Shown: positions 46,116 to 54,387 of the stretch, piece by piece
Position numbering within the stretch: position 1 is the stretch's first letter
How the letters are laid out: each line of letters starts with the position of its first letter
Origin: an uncultured virus (IMG/VR IMGVR_UViG_3300023227_000005)
Taxonomy: Duplodnaviria > Heunggongvirae > Uroviricota > Caudoviricetes
Reading direction: 5' to 3' (one strand)
Length of the DNA stretch: 64,000 nucleotides
Virus record (IMG/VR): IMGVR_UViG_3300023227_000005
The notes under the pieces: generated by a model
Databases searched by the model: none
What the model was told of the DNA's origin: nothing
Seen by the model: only the letters and a program-made list of their open reading frames with translations
Made by a program: the position numbers and the translations under genes

Positions 46116-47297
46116 CTATATTTCTGTGATTTCGTCAAATTCTGTCAAGTCTTTTGCTGTAACCCAGCCTCTATTGCTCGTTAAGAACTTGTGATCTTCT
46201 GTACACCGAATAATTTTGCCGTTTTCCATGGTCATTTCAATTATTTCTTCATCCACTAGATAAGAAAGTGTATCTGCAACAATTTGCGAACCACCAAAAG
46301 CGTCTACAACGCTTTCTCCTTTCTTTATTATAGAGATTGGTTTCAATAAGCCGTTAGACATTCTCACCCTCGTGTCTGGCAAAAAGCACCCTCTTCCTGG
46401 TCCGCTGATCCAGCCCTTGCTTTTGATGAAGTTAATGATGTCCCATACAATCAAGAAATAACCAAACAGCTTCGCCCCCTTAATAACTCCAAACTCTTCG
46501 TTGAATTGGTCTAGGTATCTTTGCTTGGCTTCTTCTTTTTCTACTTTGCCCGTCTTCCCAAGTAATTCATTCCAGCCTTGTCGGCATAGCTGCTTTAGAT
46601 ACTCTTCCTCGGACTCTCCATTTGGAGTGGGGAAGGTTGGCAACATTGGCTTCTCAAGAATATCATACTCTGTACAAGAGTCTACAATACTGCAAATATC
46701 CTCACAAACAACTGCGTGATCCTTGTTAGGTACGCCAAAGCTATCTTCTGTGAAGAACTTGATATAGGGTTTTAGTTCGTCTTGAACTTTACCCTTACCA
46801 ATATACTTCATCATGTCGGGAAGGGGCACCTTCAACCCAGAGCATAAAGAAATTCTATGAATATCTACCTCTGACTTGTCCGTGTAGAAGTAATTCTTAA
46901 TCTTCCCGCCCTTCAAGTAATTATCGCCACCTGGGCACAGTGGCGTCTGTTGCTTACGTCCAACATAGATCAAGTTACCACGTTTGCAGTACTCTTTGAT
47001 GACAGTCATTTCATCTTGGTGCTGAATAGCCGACACAATTGCGATAAGGTCAAACCAGCCATCTTTGTTTTTAGAAAACAGACTAAACCCATCAAAAGAA
47101 CACCCAATGATTGGCTTTATACCAGCTTTCTTACACTCTTGAAAGAATCGGACAGTGCCCGAGATACTCTTGTAATCAGAAATACCACATGCGGTATATC
47201 CATTGTCTTTGCATTTCTTAACTAAGGCCTTGGGTTTTGAGAATCCTAGTTGTAAGCTGTAGTGCGTGTAGTTACACAGTGGTGCGAAATTTTCCAA
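46116..47297 (-). CDS. dnaE: DNA polymerase III alpha N-terminal piece (PHP) + split intein N-half
   Basis: NYTHYSL, GIKPIIG, YFLIVWDII, GPGRG/CFLPDTRV..RCTEDHKF..WVTAKDL; TTG start after GGAGG. Confidence 0.92.
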   Translation of the reverse strand: MENFAPLCNYTHYSLQLGFSKPKALVKKCKDNGYTACGISDYKSISGTVRFFQECKKAGIKPIIGCSFDGFSLFSKNKDGWFDLIAIVSAIQHQDEMTVIKEYCKRGNLIYVGRKQQTPLCPGGDNYLKGGKIKNYFYTDKSEVDIHRISLCSGLKVPLPDMMKYIGKGKVQDELKPYIKFFTEDSFGVPNKDHAVVCEDICSIVDSCTEYDILEKPMLPTFPTPNGESEEEYLKQLCRQGWNELLGKTGKVEKEEAKQRYLDQFNEEFGVIKGAKLFGYFLIVWDIINFIKSKGWISGPGRGCFLPDTRVRMSNGLLKPISIIKKGESVVDAFGGSQIVADTLSYLVDEEIIEMTMENGKIIRCTEDHKFLTSNRGWVTAKDLTEFDEITEI

Positions 47298-47325
47298 TTT
47301 TTCCTCCGGTTGGTTGTCCTATTCT

Positions 47326-47354
47326 ATAATAGTCGTCGGCGACGTAATCGACAA
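47326..47354 (-). promoter_or_regulatory. sigma70-like promoter TTGTCG-17-TATTAT
   Basis: Intergenic, upstream of dnaE N-piece. Confidence 0.65.
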
Positions 47355-47378
47355 CCGAAAACCATCAAAAATTTTTGA

Positions 47379-48422
47379 TTATCCTGGGCTTTCGTAGTAG
47401 TCCACTTTGAATCCAGGCTTTTTAAGCTTTTTAGTAGCAGCGTCTATGCCGTATGTCTTTATCGTGTCTTCTACGTGTTTACACTTCATCTTTCCCGTCT
47501 CTGGGTCTATTTTACTAAACTCGCAAACGTACTTACATTTCCAACTATTTCTAGCAGAAGATACTGGCCTAGGCTTTTTAGTATTGCTAATTTCTTCAAA
47601 CTTTTTTCTTAGATGTTCAAGAAACATTTCGTCATCTTCTTTTCCATACATCATAGAGAAAGGTCCGCCGTCTCTTAAAAAGAGTATAGTCATTACTCTA
47701 TTTTCTACTTCTGGATATAATCTGGATAACGCGTGGTTGTACAACAATAGCTGAGGGTCTTTTTGCAGCTTTGCGTAGTCTTTAACTTCTCCAGTAGCAA
47801 AGTCTTTTCTTTGGCCACTTTTGTAGTCTACAACCTCTATAGTGTTGGAGTCTGGCAGCATTACCGAATCTATCGTTCCCTTGATAGATAGTTGCATTTT
47901 TTTACCTTCATGCTCGAAGTGTGCCCAGTCCTTCTCTATGGGTAAATCAAAGTGCTTCTCAATCGCTAAAACATTACTAGTTCTTGGGTCATATTCTTTT
48001 TTCCAGTTTTTAAGTCCTACATACACAAGTTTCTCTACGAACTTGAAAGTATCTTTAATGGTCTCATCGTCAACCTTTTCAGAAAACTTTGGTTTATTGA
48101 AATCTAGTTCTGGATGAGAGGCCCCATAGTAGTCATAGCTTCTCCTAATAAGGTCATCTACAAATTTGTCTGTATGCAGCCCCTTTTTAGTAAACTTTAC
48201 CAATCCTATCGCGTCATCGATAAAAGATTGCTTATCTCCGTCTTGTAGTATTTTTTTACACTTACCTAATATCTCCATAACTCGATGCGTGCAGGTGCCA
48301 AGGACCGCCTTAAGACCACTTGCGTTTTGATACCCAAGTCCATATATTTGATAGTATTGCATCTCACAAAAACTATGACAACCTAAAGAACTGCTTCTAA
48401 AATAAGGAATTAGTATCCCCAT
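47379..48422 (-). CDS. PD-(D/E)XK (RecB/Cas4-like) exonuclease
   Basis: GTCTH, IEKHF, IKGTID, VVDYKSG, QLLLY, C-terminal Cys cluster. Confidence 0.85.
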   Translation of the reverse strand: MGILIPYFRSSSLGCHSFCEMQYYQIYGLGYQNASGLKAVLGTCTHRVMEILGKCKKILQDGDKQSFIDDAIGLVKFTKKGLHTDKFVDDLIRRSYDYYGASHPELDFNKPKFSEKVDDETIKDTFKFVEKLVYVGLKNWKKEYDPRTSNVLAIEKHFDLPIEKDWAHFEHEGKKMQLSIKGTIDSVMLPDSNTIEVVDYKSGQRKDFATGEVKDYAKLQKDPQLLLYNHALSRLYPEVENRVMTILFLRDGGPFSMMYGKEDDEMFLEHLRKKFEEISNTKKPRPVSSARNSWKCKYVCEFSKIDPETGKMKCKHVEDTIKTYGIDAATKKLKKPGFKVDYYESPG

Positions 48423-48425
48423 GTT

Positions 48426-49112
48426 TCACTCCTTGTGTTTAAGTATTAGCTCACACTGTTCATATAAGTATTCTAGTGTAAACTGGTTTTTCATTATGTT
48501 GATATCTTTGTGAACTAACCAAATGTTGTCTTTGGTGTACCCTTCTTCGCTGTCTATCCTATCCACAGAGACGGTTTGACAATTTTGCTTCTCTTTTGTT
48601 TTCTTAAAAGCTATTGGCGTCTTGGTCATCGCACACAAGCCTCCTTGCTCTTCATACTTGTCCCAAATGTCTTCAATCGTTATGTTAAAGTCTATATTTC
48701 TTCTTTTTGCTTGACATTTTACAGAATGAAAAAACCTACCAGGAATTGTGTGGTGAGATCTTTGCCTATTGTGGAAATCCTCTTGTTTTTGACTATAGGT
48801 TTTTTCTCTAATGGTGATTCCGTGTTTTTCTAGTGCTTTTCTAACTATAGACTTTCTTTTGAATCCTCCTAGCTCAGCCACCTCTTTCAATGTCATGTTT
48901 TTGTCTACATAGTATTCTTCTAAAAATTCTTTTGTGAAAGTTTTAGAGCTATCATACACGTGACCTCTGCTAATGCCATGACGACTCAACGCCTGAGACA
49001 CAGAGTTTGAAGACTTGATGCCAGTCTCTTTGGTTATGACTTGGATGCTTTTAAGTTGATTTACATAGTGTTCTTCAAGAAAATCTTTGGTTAACATGTC
49101 TTTTGGTCCCAT
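48426..49112 (-). CDS. Free-standing HNH homing endonuclease with two HTH repeats
   Basis: TKDFLEEHYV/TKEFLEEYYV repeats; AKRRNIDFNIT, QGGLCA, SVDRIDSEEGYTKDNIWLVHKDINIMK. Confidence 0.85.
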   Translation of the reverse strand: MGPKDMLTKDFLEEHYVNQLKSIQVITKETGIKSSNSVSQALSRHGISRGHVYDSSKTFTKEFLEEYYVDKNMTLKEVAELGGFKRKSIVRKALEKHGITIREKTYSQKQEDFHNRQRSHHTIPGRFFHSVKCQAKRRNIDFNITIEDIWDKYEEQGGLCAMTKTPIAFKKTKEKQNCQTVSVDRIDSEEGYTKDNIWLVHKDINIMKNQFTLEYLYEQCELILKHKE

Positions 49113-49152
49113 TTTAATTTCTCCTTATTTAGAATTGGGAACTTCTACACAT

Positions 49153-49161
49153 ATTATACAC
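49153..49161 (-). promoter_or_regulatory. GTGTATAAT putative late promoter
   Basis: Exact motif, intergenic, upstream of the HNH gene. Confidence 0.6.
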
Positions 49162-49178
49162 CCAAAGTTTTATTTATG

Positions 49179-50024
49179 TCAAATTAAATAATTTGACCTG
49201 GCAAACTTCTCAACTAACGCACAAGCGTCTGTAAGTGCTAGATCTTGGTTGTTGATTACTGCGTCAAAGTTGCCCCAATCATAGACATCGGCGTCTAACG
49301 CCACCTCGCTAGGGTGGTCATCTTGAAACATTTCTCTGTCAAGCCTGATGACATAACCACCAGCATCTTTAATTGCTTGTACTTCATCTGGGAATCTAAC
49401 GTCTGTTACGATGGCTAACCCTGATTGCTCTGCCTTGATCTTGTTGATCGTGGCGTTTACCCAGATCGGGCCGTGCATCTTTCTTCCAATTTCTGTACCA
49501 AAGAACTGCAAGAACTCTCTACCTGTCATCATCCCTTCGGAATGCAAAATTAAGCCTAGTCCATTGGCGATATCTTGGTGTATCTCTTCGGCACCGTCGC
49601 AAAGCAAATTATCAGAGTTTGCATTTATTGTAGAGGGCGTTATTACTCCTGGCATATCTTCCCATCGTAGATGGGTAGTCTCCATCTTCTGTGCGTCTGT
49701 GCCATAAGCAGAACTTGGTTTAAGTTCAAACAGATTGATAGCAGCTTCTTTCAAAGAGTCTGCAAAGCTATAGTTCTTCACAAAGGGGAAGATTCGATTC
49801 TCTGCCGCCTCTAGGAAGGTATAGTCTTTACGATAAAGGTCCAAGACTCCCCAGTCTTCTTTTCCATTCTCAAATTTTGTCAAGACGTTTAGCTCTCCAG
49901 TCTCCAACATATTGAAGTCTGACACTACTCCTCTTTGTTGCAGGATAACACCATTCAGGTGATTAGCCGAAGAATTCTTTCCGCTCTGTTTTCTCCCGCT
50001 GATTCCGATGATTTTACAACTCAT
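49179..50024 (-). CDS. Deoxynucleoside monophosphate kinase
   Basis: IIGISGRKQSGK, SFADSLK, REFLQFFGTE, TDVRFPDE, HPSE. Confidence 0.88.
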   Translation of the reverse strand: MSCKIIGISGRKQSGKNSSANHLNGVILQQRGVVSDFNMLETGELNVLTKFENGKEDWGVLDLYRKDYTFLEAAENRIFPFVKNYSFADSLKEAAINLFELKPSSAYGTDAQKMETTHLRWEDMPGVITPSTINANSDNLLCDGAEEIHQDIANGLGLILHSEGMMTGREFLQFFGTEIGRKMHGPIWVNATINKIKAEQSGLAIVTDVRFPDEVQAIKDAGGYVIRLDREMFQDDHPSEVALDADVYDWGNFDAVINNQDLALTDACALVEKFARSNYLI

Positions 50025-50026
50025 TT

Positions 50027-50116
50027 TTACCTCCTTTTTTGTGTGAATAATTCTGTAAATTTGTGGCTCTTTCTCGGCAATCTAAAGTTATTACTTTTGT
50101 AAAATGTTTCATAAAA
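50027..50116 (-). pseudogene. 3' stump of a LAGLIDADG-like endonuclease gene
   Basis: Hand translation FYETFYKSNNFRLPRKSHKFTELFTQKRR*; contains AAGGAGG RBS of the kinase. Confidence 0.55.
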
Positions 50117-50123
50117 TCATAGA

Positions 50124-50456
50124 TTATACCTCTACCCTTGTTTTGAAGCCATGCTTGGCTGACGTTTTGTTAAATTTCAAAGCAGCACAGGCCACTACAT
50201 CTAATCCATAGTGATCTGCTAAGATCAAGGTAGAAACAATTACGTCTCCAATTTCATCTGCTAAATCAGAGAGTCCTTCTTTTCCACCTTTCATTCCAAT
50301 TCTCGCCCTTTCGAGCTTCTTCACTTCGTTTAAGACTTCTCCAGCCTCACCTCCCATCTCACAAGCTTTGAATAAGGCACTTTTCTCTTCGCCTCCCCAT
50401 TCATTTGTTCTTGTTTCAATAGCTTCTATCAGTAATTGTAATCTGTCTGAAATCAT
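50124..50456 (-). CDS. MazG-like NTP pyrophosphohydrolase
   Basis: GEAGEVLNEVKK..LADEIGDV..KFNKTS. Confidence 0.85.
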   Translation of the reverse strand: MISDRLQLLIEAIETRTNEWGGEEKSALFKACEMGGEAGEVLNEVKKLERARIGMKGGKEGLSDLADEIGDVIVSTLILADHYGLDVVACAALKFNKTSAKHGFKTRVEV

Positions 50457-50625
50457 ATTGCGAAAACTCCTACTATCACGCCAACGAAAAAACCTAAGGC
50501 TAGCACCATTAGGCTGTATAAAAGAAAATTGTGTGTGCTCATGTCCCTACAGTTGAGAGGACATTTATAATCCTTGGTTGAGGATTGATATGGATTTATA
50601 GGTTCGTTTTCATATCCGTGAGGCA

Positions 50626-51657
50626 TTAGTATAGCCCTCTTAGGTCTTTAAGGATTGTGCTTTTGATTTTATCTGGAGCCATTTGGGCTACGTCTCTTCT
50701 TGTGGGCACCTTAGGAAAGATAAGCCTAAACATTCTGTCGTACTTACGCTGAATCTTGATCTTGGCTTCTCTTCCAGGTTGGTCGTGGTCTGTCAACACC
50801 ACTAGCGTGGTGATACCCATTTCGTCTAGTAGGGTTTCATGCCTAGGTGATAGCTCTTTGCCTAGCATACTGATAGCATTGAACACACCACACTCGTGCA
50901 ACCTCCAAACGTTGCCCTGGCCCTCACTAAGAAAGGCACAGTTAGTCTCTCTTATCTTCTCAATGGCTCTGTGGTGATTGTAGAAGTAGTTTCTCTTGTT
51001 GAACCCAGGCTCAATTACAAACTTAGGATCAATATAGTCAAGGGTAGACCTACCAATAGCCCCAACTTGGACAGTACCATCTTTGTTATGGATAGGAATG
51101 ACGGCCCTATACTTCATAAGGCCGTTGACTTTGCAGTCTCCTACGCCAAAATGATCGATGGTGGCGGGCTCAAATCCACGATAAACGAAGTACTCCGAAG
51201 GAACCTGCGTTTCCCACTCCCTGCCGGGCTCGTCTGCGACTTCGTCGGTTGGTTTGTAGAACTTGTCGACCAAGCCAAAAAAGCTGTCAGGGGCCTCCTT
51301 GTGGATCTCTACGGTGTCGATGTCTCTGGTGTCTAAATTCAAGACTCTGAAACACCAACCTAGGGTCTCTCCAAAGCTAACCTCTTTTCCTTGCTTTTTA
51401 GAGAGCACTCCGCGAATAAGGCCAAAGATATCACAACTGTAGTCAGAGTGACATTCGTGAGTCCAGCACTTCCACATGTTCTTTTCAACACTATAAGTGA
51501 AAGCACTAGGATTATCACTATCATCATGGATAGGACAACAACCAATATAGCTACCGCCGTCCTGTTCAACTTCAAGCTCTAAGTTAGCAAAAACCATCTC
51601 TAGGTTTTTGTACATAACTGATTTAAGCTGATTCAGATCCGTTTGCTTCGATTTCAT
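50626..51657 (-). CDS. DNA primase (zinc finger + TOPRIM)
   Basis: CPIH..WKCWTHEC, SEGQG, LTDHDQPG. Confidence 0.88.
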   Translation of the reverse strand: MKSKQTDLNQLKSVMYKNLEMVFANLELEVEQDGGSYIGCCPIHDDSDNPSAFTYSVEKNMWKCWTHECHSDYSCDIFGLIRGVLSKKQGKEVSFGETLGWCFRVLNLDTRDIDTVEIHKEAPDSFFGLVDKFYKPTDEVADEPGREWETQVPSEYFVYRGFEPATIDHFGVGDCKVNGLMKYRAVIPIHNKDGTVQVGAIGRSTLDYIDPKFVIEPGFNKRNYFYNHHRAIEKIRETNCAFLSEGQGNVWRLHECGVFNAISMLGKELSPRHETLLDEMGITTLVVLTDHDQPGREAKIKIQRKYDRMFRLIFPKVPTRRDVAQMAPDKIKSTILKDLRGLY

Positions 51658-53080
51658 CTAGGTCGTCCTCATTTACAAGTCCTGTGTCGTTTTTGATTTC
51701 TATGTGTGCGTCGTTCCTGGTTCCTATTTCCAAAAGCTTCGCTTGGTCACCAATCATGTTCATATTGATATAGTTACCATCGACTAGTCCTGGCCCATGC
51801 CTAGCGGCGAGAACGACAGCTTTACGGTTGCCATTCTTTGTCCCGTCTTGGGCTATCTCTTCCTCAGACTTGTTCTTGAAGATCGTACACGAAGTACAAA
51901 GCCAAACCAATCTGTCAGATCCACTAACCGCGTCGGTGCTTTCCTTACTGATACCATCCCTATTCAATTGAACGAAGGCTAGGCAGGGAATGTCAAGCTT
52001 GACACATAGATCGTGTAGGGCCGTAATCTGGAAACCAAGCACTTGATACTCTTGAATGTTACCGCTGATACCCTCAGCCGACATCATCTTCAAGTAATCA
52101 AACACCAATAGACAGTCATTTGTATTGCCCTCTTCATCTTGTCCAACTTCGTGCATCACCCATCGCTTAACGATGTTCAGGATACTACTAAAGGATTTAC
52201 CAGCAACACTAACGTAGTGGTAGGGCAAAGCTTCTAGCTGTCGACCTGCGGCAATGACCTTTGACTTCATGTTTTGGTCTTCTGAGAACTTGCCCGTCTC
52301 AATCATCTTAATAGGCACACCACTAAGGCTAGCCAAAATACGATTGATGTGATCCTCTTTGCTCATTTCCGTGTCGAGCATCAAGGTGGGTGTTCCATCT
52401 AGTGCTGCATTAACGGCGACGGCGTCACCAAACACAGACTTACCAGTCTTTGGTCTAGCGGCAATTAGGTTAACAGTCTTTCTTCTTAACCCGCCCCCGA
52501 TTGCTTCATCGTAGTGCTTGAAGTGTGTTGGGATACCAACTAGGTCGCAAGGGTTTTCTTCTAGGTAGGTTAGATGGTCCATGACCCCACTACCAAGTAC
52601 GATAGTCTTGTCAGTAGATTCACCTTGCCTCACAAACTCTTCAACGGGCCTCTCAAGGATATTGATAATCTCATCAATAGTCTCGCTACCGTTGATATTT
52701 GAGACTGTAGCCTTAATACTATCTGCCGTAACACAGATAGACCTCGCATACTCAAACTTCTTAACCTGAACGGCAAAGCTAAAAACATTGGCCTTGTTTA
52801 CGAAAAAGTTAGATAGCGACTTGATGTAGCTTAGTTCTTGTTCTGTCTGAATAACGTCAAGTAAGTTTAGACCTTCTGCGGCAGACAAGATTGCGGGCAA
52901 GTCTACTTGTTGTTCTGCTTCGATTACTCTCTTCAAACACTTATAGATCACTTGATTGCTAGTAGAAGCAAAGGAGTTTTCTGACAGAACGTCGTGTACC
53001 TCTACATAAGCCTCTGATCCGTACTGTAGAAGTCCAGCCAGTACGGCCCTCTCTGCACCATTGTCACATAAATTTTCCAT
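51623..53080 (-). CDS. dnaB: Replicative DnaB-like helicase
   Basis: AERAVLAGL, AARPKTGKS, DTEM, FDYLK, VQLNR, ARHG. Confidence 0.92.
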   Translation of the reverse strand: MENLCDNGAERAVLAGLLQYGSEAYVEVHDVLSENSFASTSNQVIYKCLKRVIEAEQQVDLPAILSAAEGLNLLDVIQTEQELSYIKSLSNFFVNKANVFSFAVQVKKFEYARSICVTADSIKATVSNINGSETIDEIINILERPVEEFVRQGESTDKTIVLGSGVMDHLTYLEENPCDLVGIPTHFKHYDEAIGGGLRRKTVNLIAARPKTGKSVFGDAVAVNAALDGTPTLMLDTEMSKEDHINRILASLSGVPIKMIETGKFSEDQNMKSKVIAAGRQLEALPYHYVSVAGKSFSSILNIVKRWVMHEVGQDEEGNTNDCLLVFDYLKMMSAEGISGNIQEYQVLGFQITALHDLCVKLDIPCLAFVQLNRDGISKESTDAVSGSDRLVWLCTSCTIFKNKSEEEIAQDGTKNGNRKAVVLAARHGPGLVDGNYINMNMIGDQAKLLEIGTRNDAHIEIKNDTGLVNEDDLDEIEANGSESA

Positions 53081-53088
53081 ATTCTCTC

Positions 53089-53523
53089 CTATCTTCCACC
53101 GCCAACACAATTTTCACAACGGTAATAAGCCCTACTACTGGTCATCAAACCAGGAGAAATCTCTTTGGGCTGGTGACACACAGAGCAGTTTACCTTAATC
53201 ATCTCTACTTTCTTGCGAACACGAGGCATTGGGTCTTTCTTGATCTGTGTCTCTTCTTTTCTTTCTTCTCCAGCATCCACCCAAGTATTGCTACTGGCCT
53301 GGACTGGAACAGATTTTCTATCTTCCTTATCGTCTCTGTTGACGGTGAAGTCATCATTCACGATTCTTTTGGTCATCGCTGGCGGCTCTTCATACACTGG
53401 GCCAGTGTCTTCTGTTTTGTTAGACTTGGCGTCGACGGCTTGAAGTCTGGCAATCAGTTCCTTCATTTGGTCTTGCGTAAGAATATCAAGGACCACGTTT
53501 ATTAGTTCTTGTTTCGTTATCAT
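53089..53523 (-). CDS. Hypothetical protein with C-terminal zinc ribbon
   Basis: CSVC..RCENC. Confidence 0.65.
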   Translation of the reverse strand: MITKQELINVVLDILTQDQMKELIARLQAVDAKSNKTEDTGPVYEEPPAMTKRIVNDDFTVNRDDKEDRKSVPVQASSNTWVDAGEERKEETQIKKDPMPRVRKKVEMIKVNCSVCHQPKEISPGLMTSSRAYYRCENCVGGGR

Positions 53524-53996
53524 TTTCTTGACTTCTCCATTAGTACCTCTCCACGTTTCTTGATGTTGAGAGATTTAAGTTCTAAGATCTGATACTTAGA
53601 CTCAGCTATGAGTCGTAGCTCTTCGACCTTTTCGGCGTATATGTTTTCGCGAATCACAATTGGTTTCTTTGACTCGTGCTTAGTGTACTTGTCAAAGCCA
53701 GACTCTTTCTCGTATTTGCTTACGATCTTTTCTAGCTGACTGTTGCACCAGTTGAGTATAACCCTTTGCTTGTTCGCACAATCCTGAATGTAAGAACAGT
53801 ATCCAAACAAAAAGTAGGCCCCATCGAGTAATTCTTTGGAGCCCATCCGTCTTAGGTCTTCTGCGGTTAGGTCCGCGTATGATTTATACTGTTCTTTGTA
53901 TGTCGAGTCTGTAAAGTGATTGCACTCAATAAACTCGTCAATTTGAACTAGATACTTGTCAAGTTCATCCTGGGCGTAATTGCTCTCTCCACTCAT
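53520..53996 (-). CDS. Hypothetical helical protein
   Basis: 158-aa ORF between recA and dnaB genes. Confidence 0.6.
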   Translation of the reverse strand: MSGESNYAQDELDKYLVQIDEFIECNHFTDSTYKEQYKSYADLTAEDLRRMGSKELLDGAYFLFGYCSYIQDCANKQRVILNWCNSQLEKIVSKYEKESGFDKYTKHESKKPIVIRENIYAEKVEELRLIAESKYQILELKSLNIKKRGEVLMEKSRK

Positions 53997-54387
53997 CTTC
54001 TGCTCCTGAATACTTGAGTACGATTAGTTCGATGTCATTAAGTTCACACCAACGTGCCTTGTCTTCGTCTCTGTTTAAGCCTTGAAGAAAAGCAGCCTTG
54101 TTCTTATGAAAGAAGGGCGTGTACTCATAATGCTGCTGACCGTGAACCTCTATGGCTAGCCTTAAATTTGGTAGGAAGAAATCGAAGTACAACACTGATT
54201 TCTTTTCAGCTATGACGCTGCCTGGAAGCTTTACTTCTTCCAGAACAACGTAGCTGTGATAGATACTAGATATGATTTCTCTAGCTTTTAGATGGTACTT
54301 AGACCTGTTCTTAGTAACCGTGTTTGAAGTATTGTACTTAGCGAGGTTCCAACTGTATTCTCTACCGTTAAAACCTAGTACTCTCAT
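53965..54387 (-). CDS. DUF559/Vsr-like endonuclease
   Basis: LYFDFFLP..AIEVHGQQH..RDEDKARWCELNDIEL. Confidence 0.8.
   Translation of the reverse strand: MRVLGFNGREYSWNLAKYNTSNTVTKNRSKYHLKAREIISSIYHSYVVLEEVKLPGSVIAEKKSVLYFDFFLPNLRLAIEVHGQQHYEYTPFFHKNKAAFLQGLNRDEDKARWCELNDIELIVLKYSGAEDEWREQLRPG

Noticed and set aside
46116..46118. TAG recoding or readthrough, since the nuclease remnant follows the IntN TAG in frame
   Set aside because: TAG ends many genes cleanly (2064, 20829, 24486, 25249), long ORFs are intact under the standard code, and IntC is in another frame anyway
46108..46125. AAATATAGTCTAG resembling a group I intron S element
   Set aside because: It is simply the last codons of IntN; no matching P/Q/R elements seen and the intein halves explain the break
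47379..48422. Cas4-like nuclease as sign of a CRISPR-Cas system
   Set aside because: No repeat-spacer array or other cas genes seen; such nucleases are common in phage replication modules
50900..50930. Primase TOPRIM EGQGN instead of EGxxD suggesting inactivity
   Set aside because: Catalytic Glu and DxD are intact; one substitution is not enough evidence
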